A stretch of DNA of 64,000 bases from Nitrosopumilus sp. (GTDB taxonomy: Archaea > Thermoproteota > Nitrososphaeria > Nitrososphaerales > Nitrosopumilaceae): positions 992,001 to 1,056,000 of the forward strand of contig OZ242186.1 of the NCBI GenBank assembly GCA_965205675.1. Direction: 5' to 3'. Below the pieces are notes generated by a model. The model had not been told where the DNA came from. It ran no database searches and saw only the letters and a program-made list of their open reading frames with translations. Positions 10,535 through 20,269 of this stretch are shown piece by piece. Both the position numbers and the translations under genes were made by a program. The stretch's first letter is position 1. Each line of letters begins with the position of its first letter.

Positions 10535-11127
10535 TGCCTCTTCTCCTTGACTTGATTGATGAAATTGCCTAGAATTTTTTTTCCATCTTCTGTCATTATT
10601 GATTCAGGGTGAAATTGTACTCCTTGAATCAGATATTCTTTATGTTCAATTGCCATAATTTCCCCATCATCAGATGCAGTAGCTGTAACTTGGAGCATAT
10701 CTGGAATTATTGTCTTGTCCCCTACCAAACTATGATATCTTGTAGCTCTGAATGGGTTTTTTACATTTGTAAATAATTTTGATTCTGCATGATCAACAAG
10801 ACTTGTTTTTCCATGCCTTACACATCCTGCGTTAGTTACTTTGCCTCCAAATGCATCAATGATTCCCTGATGTCCCAGACAGACTCCTAAAATAGGAGTC
10901 TCAAACCCCATGTCTTTGATGACGTTTGAACATATTCCAAAGTATTTTTTATCTTCTGGAGTTCCCGGACCTGGTGAAATTATTATAGCATCATAGTTTT
11001 TTTCTTTGATTTGAGATATTGTAATTTTGTTATTTCTGATAACATCGCAATCTACTCCTAATTCTCCAAGATACTGTGCGATATTATACACAAATGAGTC
11101 ATAATTATCAATGATTAGAAATTTCAT
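10531..11127 (-). CDS. trpG: Anthranilate synthase component II
   Basis: IDNYDSF, SPGPG, GVCLGHQ, QFHPES. Confidence 0.97.
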   Translation of the reverse strand: MKFLIIDNYDSFVYNIAQYLGELGVDCDVIRNNKITISQIKEKNYDAIIISPGPGTPEDKKYFGICSNVIKDMGFETPILGVCLGHQGIIDAFGGKVTNAGCVRHGKTSLVDHAESKLFTNVKNPFRATRYHSLVGDKTIIPDMLQVTATASDDGEIMAIEHKEYLIQGVQFHPESIMTEDGKKILGNFINQVKEKRQ

Positions 11128-12473
11128 TTTGATGTCTCTTTTAATGCTTGAAGCATAGCTCTTGCCTTGTGTTCTGTCTCTTTGAATTCATTTTTTGCAA
11201 TGGAATCTGACACTATGCCTGCCCCTGACTGCACAAATCCTTTATTGTTTTCTATGAATATGCTTCTAATTGCAATTGCAAAATCACAGCATCCATTATA
11301 TGAGAAATATCCCACTGCCCCCGCATATGGTCCTCTGGACTCTGTTTCTAATTCGTCAATAATCTCCATTGCTCTGACTTTTGGTGCGCCAGATACTGTT
11401 CCTGCAGGAAATACTGCCTGAAACGCATCAAACATATCTTTTTCAGGCGCTAAATTGCCTACAATATGGCTTACTATGTGCTGTACATGACTAAACTGCT
11501 TTATCCGCATCAGAGATTCGGGATGAACTGATCCATATCTGCACACCCTTCCAATATCATTTCTGCCTAAATCTACAAGCATTGTGTGTTCAGCTAGTTC
11601 TTTCTCGTCCTGGATTAGTTCTTTAGATAAGGCCTTGTTCTTTTCCTCATCATCTGTGATCTTTCTTGTTCCTGCAATGGGAAATGTTTCTACCTTGTCC
11701 CCTGTAATTCTAACCAACATTTCAGGCGATGCCCCAATAATTGTTTTGTTTTCTTGTTTTAAATGATACATGTAAGGGGATGGATTTAATTTTCTTAATG
11801 TTTTGTAAAGTGTAAGATTATCTCCTTTTGTATCAAAAGTAAATTTTCTTGATAATACTGCTTGAAAAATATCTCCATCACAAATGTATTTTTTTGCTTT
11901 ATTTACAATTTCAGAATATTTTGTTTCATTCATGTTTGGCGTAACACTACTTGCGTAAAATTCTCCAAATGAATCTTCCCCCATTATGAGTTTATCAAAT
12001 CTATTCTCACCATGATAAAAATAAAATAACTTTTCATGTATTTTATCATATAAAATCCCGTCATCATAAATTCCAAATTCTATTAATGGCTGTGTGGAAT
12101 TGTGTGAATCGTTGATATTTTCCATTATCCTTATTGCATCATAGTTGACTACCCCTACTGCACCTCCGAGATATCTATAACTTTGATCATCTGATTTCCT
12201 TAGTAGTTTTTTTAATTCTTCAAACGGATTTGTAGTTTGGATTGTTGTAATTTTTTTATTTTCAATAATATCTACTTTGTCTGAATATCCTTTGAGGATT
12301 ATTTTTGGATCAAAACCCATAACGGATGTTTCAGCTAGAACTTCAGGTCCAGTTAGAGATTCAAATAGAAATGAATGTGAATAGTTTCTAGAGATTCTAT
12401 TATAAATTTGAAATTGATTTTCAGATAAATCTAGTGGCATTACTTTTGCTTGTGTTCTTCCAAATGTGTCCAC
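11124..12473 (-). CDS. trpE: Anthranilate synthase component I (likely GTG start at 12473)
   Basis: ASPE, PIAGT, AEHTMLVDLGRND, PAGTVSGAPK. Confidence 0.96.
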   Translation of the reverse strand: MDTFGRTQAKVMPLDLSENQFQIYNRISRNYSHSFLFESLTGPEVLAETSVMGFDPKIILKGYSDKVDIIENKKITTIQTTNPFEELKKLLRKSDDQSYRYLGGAVGVVNYDAIRIMENINDSHNSTQPLIEFGIYDDGILYDKIHEKLFYFYHGENRFDKLIMGEDSFGEFYASSVTPNMNETKYSEIVNKAKKYICDGDIFQAVLSRKFTFDTKGDNLTLYKTLRKLNPSPYMYHLKQENKTIIGASPEMLVRITGDKVETFPIAGTRKITDDEEKNKALSKELIQDEKELAEHTMLVDLGRNDIGRVCRYGSVHPESLMRIKQFSHVQHIVSHIVGNLAPEKDMFDAFQAVFPAGTVSGAPKVRAMEIIDELETESRGPYAGAVGYFSYNGCCDFAIAIRSIFIENNKGFVQSGAGIVSDSIAKNEFKETEHKARAMLQALKETSK

Positions 12474-12618
12474 CCATAAACAAGATTTTGATGGTTTATT
12501 ATTTAAATTGATAAGATGGCACTGTCTTGATTTGGTTAAAATAATTGATTTGTTAGGCACACAGTATTACGGTATAGTACGGTACCTTTATAATCTAATT
12601 GGTAATAGTATTCTCATC

Positions 12619-12804
12619 ATGCAAAAGGCAAATCAAACAGTAATGCAAGAAGCACATGTCAAGTCACAGACGCTCTCTACGACTGTAAGTAAAGTAGAGT
12701 GCTATATTTGTGGAAAAGGACTATCTGATGGTCATTCTATTACTGCAAAAACACTGCCTAATGGCATCGTGCTATTTTGCGATGTTCATTATCCCTTACA
12801 GTAA
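12619..12804 (+). CDS. Small zinc-finger-like protein
   Basis: CYIC...FCDVH; TTTATA box about 30 nt upstream of ATG 12619. Confidence 0.65.
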   Translation: MQKANQTVMQEAHVKSQTLSTTVSKVECYICGKGLSDGHSITAKTLPNGIVLFCDVHYPLQ

Positions 12805-12990
12805 TTCTACGATTTAAGATTCTATTTTGAAATATTAATTTTATTTTAAATTCTATCTTCATTTACTATTTTCTTTTATTGCATATTTAGGATATGATAC
12901 ATCCCTCATTGTAAAATCTAGTTGTGTAACAATGGATTTCCAAGTCGTCATGGTAAAACAATACATGCATCTAAGAGACCAATCTCAGCA

Positions 12991-15624
12991 TTACCATAAT
13001 TGAAATGCAGAAAAGAATTCTTTTGCACCTTTTTTAGATAATTCTTTGTTTTTTGTTTGACAATAGTTGGTAGTAAATGTACATTTTGGACACCCTCCGA
13101 AATCTTCTTTTCTTTGATCCTTATCTGTTGTACAATCACAATTATTTACCATAGAAGATCCTATGGCAAGCATCTTTTCAAATTCATCATAGATGATTTT
13201 ACTACATCCATTAAATCCATCTGATGTATTATCGTAAATGTAAATCACACCTTTTTCATAATACACATCAATATCACTTGATTCTGATTTTGTCAAAATC
13301 TTACTTGCATTAACTAGAACATGGGAAATTGTATGGACTTTGGGATCATTAGCTATGGGGCTTTTTGAATCTGAAATATGTTTTGAGATAAATTCCACAG
13401 GAAGTGTTATGCTAACTGCTGAGTGTTTTGACTTCCAATGAAAGTTTCGCCATAATGAGGTTTGAGCTCCATTGTGTAGCTGATACTTGTCTGCAGATTC
13501 GTTATAGTTTCCTTTCATGTATCCTGTAATTGTTCTATCTAGTGAAATTATCCCATAACGCAAGGCCATCTTCTTTTCTTTGATCTTGACATCTCTGTGA
13601 ATTGCTTTTCCTTCTGATGTTGGGATAATTGTTGTTTTTACAATTGGGATTGTTCTTTTTTGTTTTTCATACGATCTTATCAGATATGCTCTAGCACCAT
13701 TTGGGGATTTAATTAAAGCGTTTACTTCATAGTTTTGCTTGTTAAAATGATAGAGAGCCTTTTGATGTAATTGATAGTACCCTACAGGTACTCCCCTGGT
13801 TCCTATTTTTCTTGAGTTATAGTATATTGAAATTTCTTCTGATGCCCCTCGTAAATTTACACTGTTTGCAAAATCAAAGAACTGTGCCTTGTTTGAATCG
13901 TCTGCGGCTTGGTCCTCGATTTCTACTGATTCTTCATGTTTCTTAGATATGATTTGATTTTCTTTGTTAATTGAAATGATGTGGTTCTGTGAAAGATATT
14001 CATCAATGTGACGTGCAAAATAATGACACGCCGCATCTTCTGGATCAAATACGCAAATGGCATATGATTTCTGCCCTCTTCTGCCGGCCCTGCCGATTCT
14101 TTGAATAAAAGAATCAAACTCATTTTTGAATGCAGAAATGACTACATCTACGTGCCCAATATCAATGCCTAGTTCTAGTGTCGGGGTACATGATAAGACA
14201 TCTAGTTCTCCTGCCTTCATTTGAGATTCATACAATTTCCTATCATTTTGATCTAATCCTCCTCTGTGAATCTGTATTCTAATTCCATCATTTGCATCCT
14301 CCACATTGGATGCAAAAAATTCTGCATCATTATGGGAGTTGCTAAAGACTAGTTGTGTTGACTTGTTCTTGTAACAAATTGAGGATAACATTTCCATTGT
14401 TGTTCTTTGTTTGAATTTCCTTGGCATGATAAAAAACATGTGCATGTTTTGTTTTCGTCCAAGTTTACTCTTGATATATGCAAATGAATTTTCTGGCAAA
14501 TCAAACATGTTTGAAAAAAACTCTTTTGAATTATCTAATGTTGCAGAAGAACCTACAAATTGAACCTTGCCCATATATCGTTTCATCCTTTTTAATACAT
14601 GATACACGTTGGATCCATGAAAGCTAGTGTAGGAATGTGCTTCATCCATCACTATGATTTTTGCATTTTTGAATAATTCATTCCATTTCTTATCTTGTAA
14701 AATTAAATGATAGTTAATAAAATCAAAATTAGTTGCAATGATTAAAGACTTTTGACTGGAATCTGAAATTATCATATCTTTGTAATCTGGACTTTGTCCT
14801 CCGTGAATGGAGTATGCTGTTATTTTGTCATTTAACTTGCATTTTTGAACCAGATCTGAAATTTTGGCTACTTGGTCATCAATTAGTGCATTTAGTGGAT
14901 ACACAAGCAATGCAAAAACTCCAGGAGTTTGATGCTTTGAAATTTTCTCCAAAATTGGAATTGTAAATGCTTCGGTTTTTCCAGACCCTGTTGGTGCTGA
15001 AATTATAGTGTTTTCTCCTTTTAGAATTGCTCGGACGGATTCTTCTTGAAATGGTAACAGTCCTATAACTCCATATTTTTCTAATCCTTTGATGATGTTC
15101 TCAGATAGTACATCTTTTAGAGTTTGAATTGGGATTTTTTCAGCTTCTGGTACGATTAATCTTTCATAATGAACTAGTGCAAGGGATTCTTCTTTATGTC
15201 CTTGAATTATTTCTCTAATCACAGAATCATTTTCAATTAGTGATTTTGGAATTTTAGAAATATCATACAGTATGCTTTGTGGTAGTGAGATCTTATTTTC
15301 TGGGCTTTTTGGTTTTAGATATTTTTTGATTTCATCTGGATAATAAGATATACCTGATTCTGTTGGTTCTTTACATCTGTGTGGTTCATCTGTTCTTGAA
15401 TCAATGGGTATGAATTTTCCACTATCGGACTTGAATCTTTCATCCCAGTAAATATCCACACCGCATCCTTTGGAGCATCGCTTTGTTTTTCCTGAATAGT
15501 TCACACCATATGTTGTTGTTTTTATCATGACCTTCTCTGGATTACACTTGGGGCAAACCTGCGGGCCTCCTACATCATCATAGCTTTGGACCATCCTAGA
15601 ATCACAATTAGGGCAAAATTTCAT
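12991..15624 (-). CDS. DEAH-box SF2 helicase of the Hrq1/MrfA/SftH type, with N-terminal Zn ribbons and a C-terminal Cys cluster (DUF1998-like)
   Basis: APTGSGKT, YPLNAL, DEAH, SAT, QRIGRAGR, CDC...GCPKC. Confidence 0.88.
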   Translation of the reverse strand: MKFCPNCDSRMVQSYDDVGGPQVCPKCNPEKVMIKTTTYGVNYSGKTKRCSKGCGVDIYWDERFKSDSGKFIPIDSRTDEPHRCKEPTESGISYYPDEIKKYLKPKSPENKISLPQSILYDISKIPKSLIENDSVIREIIQGHKEESLALVHYERLIVPEAEKIPIQTLKDVLSENIIKGLEKYGVIGLLPFQEESVRAILKGENTIISAPTGSGKTEAFTIPILEKISKHQTPGVFALLVYPLNALIDDQVAKISDLVQKCKLNDKITAYSIHGGQSPDYKDMIISDSSQKSLIIATNFDFINYHLILQDKKWNELFKNAKIIVMDEAHSYTSFHGSNVYHVLKRMKRYMGKVQFVGSSATLDNSKEFFSNMFDLPENSFAYIKSKLGRKQNMHMFFIMPRKFKQRTTMEMLSSICYKNKSTQLVFSNSHNDAEFFASNVEDANDGIRIQIHRGGLDQNDRKLYESQMKAGELDVLSCTPTLELGIDIGHVDVVISAFKNEFDSFIQRIGRAGRRGQKSYAICVFDPEDAACHYFARHIDEYLSQNHIISINKENQIISKKHEESVEIEDQAADDSNKAQFFDFANSVNLRGASEEISIYYNSRKIGTRGVPVGYYQLHQKALYHFNKQNYEVNALIKSPNGARAYLIRSYEKQKRTIPIVKTTIIPTSEGKAIHRDVKIKEKKMALRYGIISLDRTITGYMKGNYNESADKYQLHNGAQTSLWRNFHWKSKHSAVSITLPVEFISKHISDSKSPIANDPKVHTISHVLVNASKILTKSESSDIDVYYEKGVIYIYDNTSDGFNGCSKIIYDEFEKMLAIGSSMVNNCDCTTDKDQRKEDFGGCPKCTFTTNYCQTKNKELSKKGAKEFFSAFQLW

Positions 15625-15729
15625 GAATGAATTTCAAGACTAAATTACTATTAATGAACCGATAAGAATGAAAAATTTTATATTAATTTTAAAATTTGAC
15701 AGATTTTTCATATTCCCAAAGATACACAA

Positions 15730-15866
15730 ACATAAGAAGACATTGCAGCAAAAAGACGATTCGTTTTGGATATTTGACTGGGAATGAACCACACAAACAT
15801 CCGGAGAATTATCTGGGACTTGTTTATCTTGCATCAATTCTGATGTATTGGAGAGTATTGAAATGA
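15730..15866 (+). pseudogene. Decayed IS5-family transposase C-terminus
   Basis: ...KHPENYLGLVYLASILMYWRVLK* resembles IS5 C-termini. Confidence 0.4.
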
Positions 15867-15885
15867 ATTGAATATGATACTGATT

Positions 15886-16025
15886 AGACGTCTTGCGTAA
15901 TTATTTCTAGGCGTGAATTTTGCTGCAGGATTTTTCAAATTGGTTGAGAAATTTGAATTTTCAGGTATGAATTCTGTTAAAATACAAAATTTGAGAAAAA
16001 ATCTCTATAATTACGCAAGAGGTCT
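15886..16025. mobile_element. 140-bp MITE with ISL2-like termini
   Basis: AGACGTCTTGCGTAATTA...TAATTACGCAAGAGGTCT; ATT duplicated on both sides; second copy at 42359. Confidence 0.9.
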
Positions 16026-16029
16026 ATTA

Positions 16030-16221
16030 TTAGTCAGGATTAATGAAAACTTTTGAATTTGATGTTGTTATCGTTTTTACCATATTAATTGATATTTTTT
16101 CTTTTTTTGATATCTCTAAAATTTCTGTTTGGTGTTTTTCATCTAGATGTTTTAAAAATTCCTTCTCTTCAATGTTATTATGTTTAAAATCACAAGATGT
16201 GAAAATGCAGTTAAAATTCAT
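16030..16221 (-). CDS. Small hypothetical protein (C2H2-like)
   Basis: CIFTSC...HLDEKH spacing. Confidence 0.65.
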   Translation of the reverse strand: MNFNCIFTSCDFKHNNIEEKEFLKHLDEKHQTEILEISKKEKISINMVKTITTSNSKVFINPD

Positions 16222-16250
16222 TGTTGTTATTTTAATTCCCTGCTACAAAA

Positions 16251-16267
16251 ATCAATACGCTTAAGTT
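16251..16267 (+). promoter_or_regulatory. Repeated promoter motif ATCAATACGCTTAAGTT (also 16417-16433; variant at 16675)
   Basis: Each copy starts exactly 38 nt before an ATG. Confidence 0.65.
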
Positions 16268-16288
16268 CATCATTTTCATAAAAAATCT

Positions 16289-16396
16289 ATGAGTGTTAGA
16301 ACAGGCGTCTTTTCAACAAAAGAACTGGCAATAATTATAGGGATTTCCGTTGTTGTATCCATAGCATTGTACGTCATTTATGTTATAGGTAGATGA
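16289..16396 (+). CDS. 35-aa single-TM microprotein
   Basis: MSVRTGVFSTKELAIIIGISVVVSIALYVIYVIGR; has its own promoter motif. Confidence 0.55.
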   Translation: MSVRTGVFSTKELAIIIGISVVVSIALYVIYVIGR

Positions 16397-16454
16397 TAGA
16401 ATTCCATCCTCAAGTTATCAATACGCTTAAGTTATTAGATTTTCAATTATAAAT

Positions 16455-16652
16455 ATGGCTAATTTGGATAATGCAAAACATGATCATCAAAAAAATAAAT
16501 CAAATATTGTAAATTTAGTAAAACAAATGTTTTCTTTGGATAAATGGGGTGATGAGGAATATCGTAGAGAATTACAGGAACTGGTAAAAAAAGATGAGGA
16601 TTTAGTTAGAGAAATTACTAGAATTATCAAACTAAAACACAATGCAAAATAA
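16455..16652 (+). CDS. Hypothetical protein
   Basis: 65-aa helical ORF with the repeated promoter motif. Confidence 0.6.
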   Translation: MANLDNAKHDHQKNKSNIVNLVKQMFSLDKWGDEEYRRELQELVKKDEDLVREITRIIKLKHNAK

Positions 16653-16712
16653 AGTTTGCATGGTCATTTTGATAATCTAAACGTATAAGACTATGTTTTT
16701 TATATCATAATT

Positions 16713-16793
16713 ATGGGATGGAAAAAAACCTTGGGAAAATTTTGTATTATGAAAAAGGTGCGAGACAAAGCAAACGAACCTGAAGAAGATTAG
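16713..16793 (+). CDS. Possible 26-aa microprotein
   Basis: MGWKKTLGKFCIMKKVRDKANEPEED; promoter variant at the same spacing. Confidence 0.35.
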   Translation: MGWKKTLGKFCIMKKVRDKANEPEED

Positions 16794-16843
16794 TTTTACA
16801 ATTTATTTAAAAAGTTATTAATCAAATTATTTGAATTTTACAC

Positions 16844-17248
16844 ATGCCTTTAGATAAGATGCTTGATCCTGACGAATTTATTCTCACACATAATTCCAAA
16901 GTATTACACGTAAAGGGAACTCCTGCAGCGTGCATTATTGACACTCAAAATGATCTGCAACATGCCTTACATGATGATCCTTCGTTGAGGGCCAGTTTAG
17001 TCGGATTCTTAAACAAGCATGATGATCTAGGCTTGTTGTTTGGTTTCAAATTAAAAATCCAGACCAATAGTGAATTTTTTGAATACACCGCATATCCTGA
17101 TGAAGAGTTTATCGATACTGTGATATTTGATGAAACGATTCATATCATAAATGATTCTATGGAAAATATGCTCTCATTACGAAAAATTGTAACAGACCAG
17201 TTTGTAAAAACAAGATCAGAGTTTGAAAAATTCAAAAAAATGATATAA
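16844..17248 (+). CDS. Hypothetical protein
   Basis: 134-aa ORF with protein-like composition. Confidence 0.75.
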   Translation: MPLDKMLDPDEFILTHNSKVLHVKGTPAACIIDTQNDLQHALHDDPSLRASLVGFLNKHDDLGLLFGFKLKIQTNSEFFEYTAYPDEEFIDTVIFDETIHIINDSMENMLSLRKIVTDQFVKTRSEFEKFKKMI

Positions 17249-17289
17249 TATCCAAATCATTCAATAGTTGTCATTGTAGGAAATTTTTA

Positions 17290-17955
17290 ATGGCAAGTTT
17301 TACACAAATGATAAAGGCTCGAGAACCAGTATTGTTGGATCAAGAAGACGGGCATTGGTATCAAACCAAATTTGGTAAAACATATCCTTCAATTAGCACC
17401 ATATTGTCTGCCACTGCTTCAGAAGACAAGAAAAAGAGCCTAATATCTTGGAAAGAAAATGAACCTGCTCACAAATACATTACAAAACAAGCTCAAGATA
17501 CCGGTACTCAATCTCACAAGATTATTGAGGATTATTTGAGTAATAATTTAGAATTCAGTGAATTTGACTTGCTACCGATTGCACATTTTAATAATTTGAA
17601 ACCGTTTCTTGAAAATATTTCAAATGTCATATGTGTAGAACAACGGATGTATTCAGATAAACTTCGGGTTGCAGGTACCAGTGACTTGATTGCAGAATAT
17701 AATGGGGAATTATCCATTATAGATTACAAAACAAAAAGAAAACCTCAAATTGATGAATATATGTATGAGTATTATCTTCAAACTACATGTTATGCTCACA
17801 TGTTTGAGGAGACAACTGGTCACAAAATTAACCAAATAGTAATACTAGTTAGCAGTGAAAAAAATACACGACAAGAATTTATCAAAACATGCAGTGATTA
17901 TGCAGACCCCATGATCAAAAGAGTTGAAAAATACTATCTTGATAATTTAAAATAA
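17290..17955 (+). CDS. PD-(D/E)XK exonuclease, MGME1/phage-exonuclease-like
   Basis: YPSISTIL, GTQSH, AGTSD, IIDYKT, LQTTCY. Confidence 0.85.
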   Translation: MASFTQMIKAREPVLLDQEDGHWYQTKFGKTYPSISTILSATASEDKKKSLISWKENEPAHKYITKQAQDTGTQSHKIIEDYLSNNLEFSEFDLLPIAHFNNLKPFLENISNVICVEQRMYSDKLRVAGTSDLIAEYNGELSIIDYKTKRKPQIDEYMYEYYLQTTCYAHMFEETTGHKINQIVILVSSEKNTRQEFIKTCSDYADPMIKRVEKYYLDNLK

Positions 17956-18230
17956 GACAATTTTTACTCTTTTGAAACATATTTTACAAACATTTTTGTC
18001 AATATTTCAAAGACATTCTCATCTCGGTTGTCGAATCAAAACTCTACACTTTTTAGCAGGATTTTATTATCTCTCATTCTAATTTTATTAAAGATAATTA
18101 ACTGTACATTTTTCTTATTTTGATTTATTAAAATCATCTTATTTTGTCCTCAATCTTCTCTTAAGATAATCCGATGATGTGACATGTCTGGCCAGGATCC
18201 AGCTAGGGATTCATTTTGAATATTACTTTT

Positions 18231-18716
18231 TTAATTCTGAGAGTTTGCTGTTTTTTCATAATAGTATTCTTGTTTCTTTAACTCTTTTTCAGACACTATT
18301 CTACATTTTCTCATTGGTACTAGGCGCGAGATTTGTTCATATGTGTTCATATCTCTAACGTCTGCGGCATATGCAATTTGTAATAACGGGGATTTTTCTT
18401 TAATCATGGGTTTTGCTTGATCATACCCCCCGCTTTGTCTCATTCCTGTTCGGAATAATCCCAAATGATTGTTTTTCTTTGCAATCTGAGGGTCCTGATA
18501 ACAGCAAATTGCAAACTCGTCATTTTCTTTTTCAATTATAGTCAATCTTGTAAATTTATCACTCCAATCTTCAATTTCTCTGGCAATGGTAATTGCTTCT
18601 TTTTTATCCTCAAATACTGTAGATACTACCAATCGGTCTTTTTCATAAGCCCAGGATATTCCATAAAAATTATTTTTCCAGTTTATATCCAAAGACATGA
18701 TTTTATTTAGATGCAA
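18231..18716 (-). CDS. Hypothetical protein
   Basis: 161-aa ORF; true start may be the second Met. Confidence 0.65.
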   Translation of the reverse strand: MHLNKIMSLDINWKNNFYGISWAYEKDRLVVSTVFEDKKEAITIAREIEDWSDKFTRLTIIEKENDEFAICCYQDPQIAKKNNHLGLFRTGMRQSGGYDQAKPMIKEKSPLLQIAYAADVRDMNTYEQISRLVPMRKCRIVSEKELKKQEYYYEKTANSQN

Positions 18717-19157
18717 TCAAATTAATGCTTTCTAATTCCCAATATGCCTCTGCACTCTGTGTCATGATTTCTTCTATGATACATTTCTAAATCCCATTTA
18801 CAGTTGTTTTTTAGGCTACATGAAAATCATCAATATTTTACCTGATGACTCATTAAACTACTCATTCGTCAATTATCAGATATTCATCATTTTATGAAAA
18901 ACAGATACCACTGTATGATTTCTCTCATGCTACAAATTTTAAAGAAAATAAATGTTCCGCGGGTTTTTCATTTCAAATCAAAACATACATTTTCAATACA
19001 CCAACACATCATACTGCTAGTTTAAACAGTACGAGTCAAAAAATTATGAGAGTTTTGCTGTATGGTTAAAAGTTACAACAGAAATTGTCATCCAGTTACA
19101 ACTCAAGACCATTTTACAACATTTCAAAGGGTAGCAGCTAGATTAAGTGACGTTTTA

Positions 19158-19222
19158 CTGGATGTTGCAAATTATATCTTTAGAAATCCTGCAAAGATGT
19201 TCACAAACTTTTGATCGTTGCC
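19158..19222 (+). mobile_element. Right-end remnant of IS630 type A
   Basis: Similar to the reverse complement of 57344-57408. Confidence 0.6.
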
Positions 19223-19290
19223 ATGTGATGATTTTAACAAGTAAAAATGCCAGAAACAAATAATTAAATCTAGATTTAATTTAATTTAGC

Positions 19291-19446
19291 ATGCATTGTG
19301 ATGATAAACGAACATTATTTGTATTAAAAGAAGAGATTGAGAAAAAATGGTTAGAATTAAAAGAATCAAATTTTGATGAAAAAAAATTAAAAAAATTTAG
19401 CGATGCATTGACTGAGTATTTTGAGTTAAAACAATCATCAGAATAA
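19291..19446 (+). CDS. 51-aa hypothetical protein (below the ORF-track cutoff)
   Basis: MHCDDKRTLFVLKEEIEKKWLELKESNFDEKKLKKFSDALTEYFELKQSSE. Confidence 0.6.
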   Translation: MHCDDKRTLFVLKEEIEKKWLELKESNFDEKKLKKFSDALTEYFELKQSSE

Positions 19447-19467
19447 CAAGTAACATAAAAATTATCA

Positions 19468-19599
19468 ATGTCAGACATGGAACACACCAAAGAATGTAAA
19501 TATCGCATGAATAATGATATGCCTCATATGAACTGCTATTGTCCATGTCACAAAATTATAGTGTTTGAATCCATGAAATTAGAGTCAAGGACTTTTTGA
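19468..19599 (+). CDS. Possible His/Cys microprotein
   Basis: HTKEC...NCYCPCH, 43 aa. Confidence 0.4.
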   Translation: MSDMEHTKECKYRMNNDMPHMNCYCPCHKIIVFESMKLESRTF

Positions 19600-19815
19600 T
19601 TCAGGCTCAAAATTATCTATAATTTCAGTGATATTTGCAAGCAGGGTCTCTTTGATTCGCACAGAAGACATTCCGGATTTGTGCATCAATTTCATTTGAT
19701 CCATAAGAGCAAAATGAACCCGACCTTGTAAATAATCAACAATTCCAAATCCTTTTTTTGGAAAGTCTGTTACAAACACATTATGTTCTGAAAAATCCTC
19801 AGAATCTTCACTCAT
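19585..19815 (-). CDS. Hypothetical protein
   Basis: 76-aa ORF. Confidence 0.6.
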   Translation of the reverse strand: MSEDSEDFSEHNVFVTDFPKKGFGIVDYLQGRVHFALMDQMKLMHKSGMSSVRIKETLLANITEIIDNFEPESKSP

Positions 19816-19886
19816 AACTCAGGCTTGGAAAAAACCCATTATAAAATTTCCAAAATATTTTTTAAACCAAACACGAGATAAAAGTT

Positions 19887-20237
19887 ATGACTGAATTTGT
19901 TTACAAACCATATGATAAAATATATGTTCGAGATATGATAAAGTTGAATTTAGATGATCTTATTGGCATGATGTCATCTTTAGAAGCTGCTAATGCATAT
20001 TGGGTAGATGGGGTATTATTTGCTAGTTTTGCAATGACAGAGTCCGAAGAGTTGGCAAAAAAAGAAATGCAAAATGAAATGTTTCTAGATAAAATAATTT
20101 TCGCAGTATATGAAAAGTATACAAAGACGGTAAAATCATCCACCAATCTAGAAATAGGAGTATTAAACATGCAAAAAAGTAAGCTTTGCAAAGATTTGAT
20201 CACTTGGCTTAAAACTCAAGCCACGTGGACTGAATGA
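19887..20237 (+). CDS. Hypothetical protein
   Basis: 116-aa ORF, divergent from the previous gene. Confidence 0.75.
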   Translation: MTEFVYKPYDKIYVRDMIKLNLDDLIGMMSSLEAANAYWVDGVLFASFAMTESEELAKKEMQNEMFLDKIIFAVYEKYTKTVKSSTNLEIGVLNMQKSKLCKDLITWLKTQATWTE

Positions 20238-20269
20238 AAAGTAAATCCATAGACAGAATTAATTTACAA

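Noticed and set aside
8220-11766. Plus-strand ORFs across the trp operon
   Set aside because: Antisense to well-supported genes, with no motifs
17290-17955. Possible Cas4 or CRISPR link
   Set aside because: No four-Cys Fe-S cluster, no other cas genes, and no repeat-spacer array seen in the window
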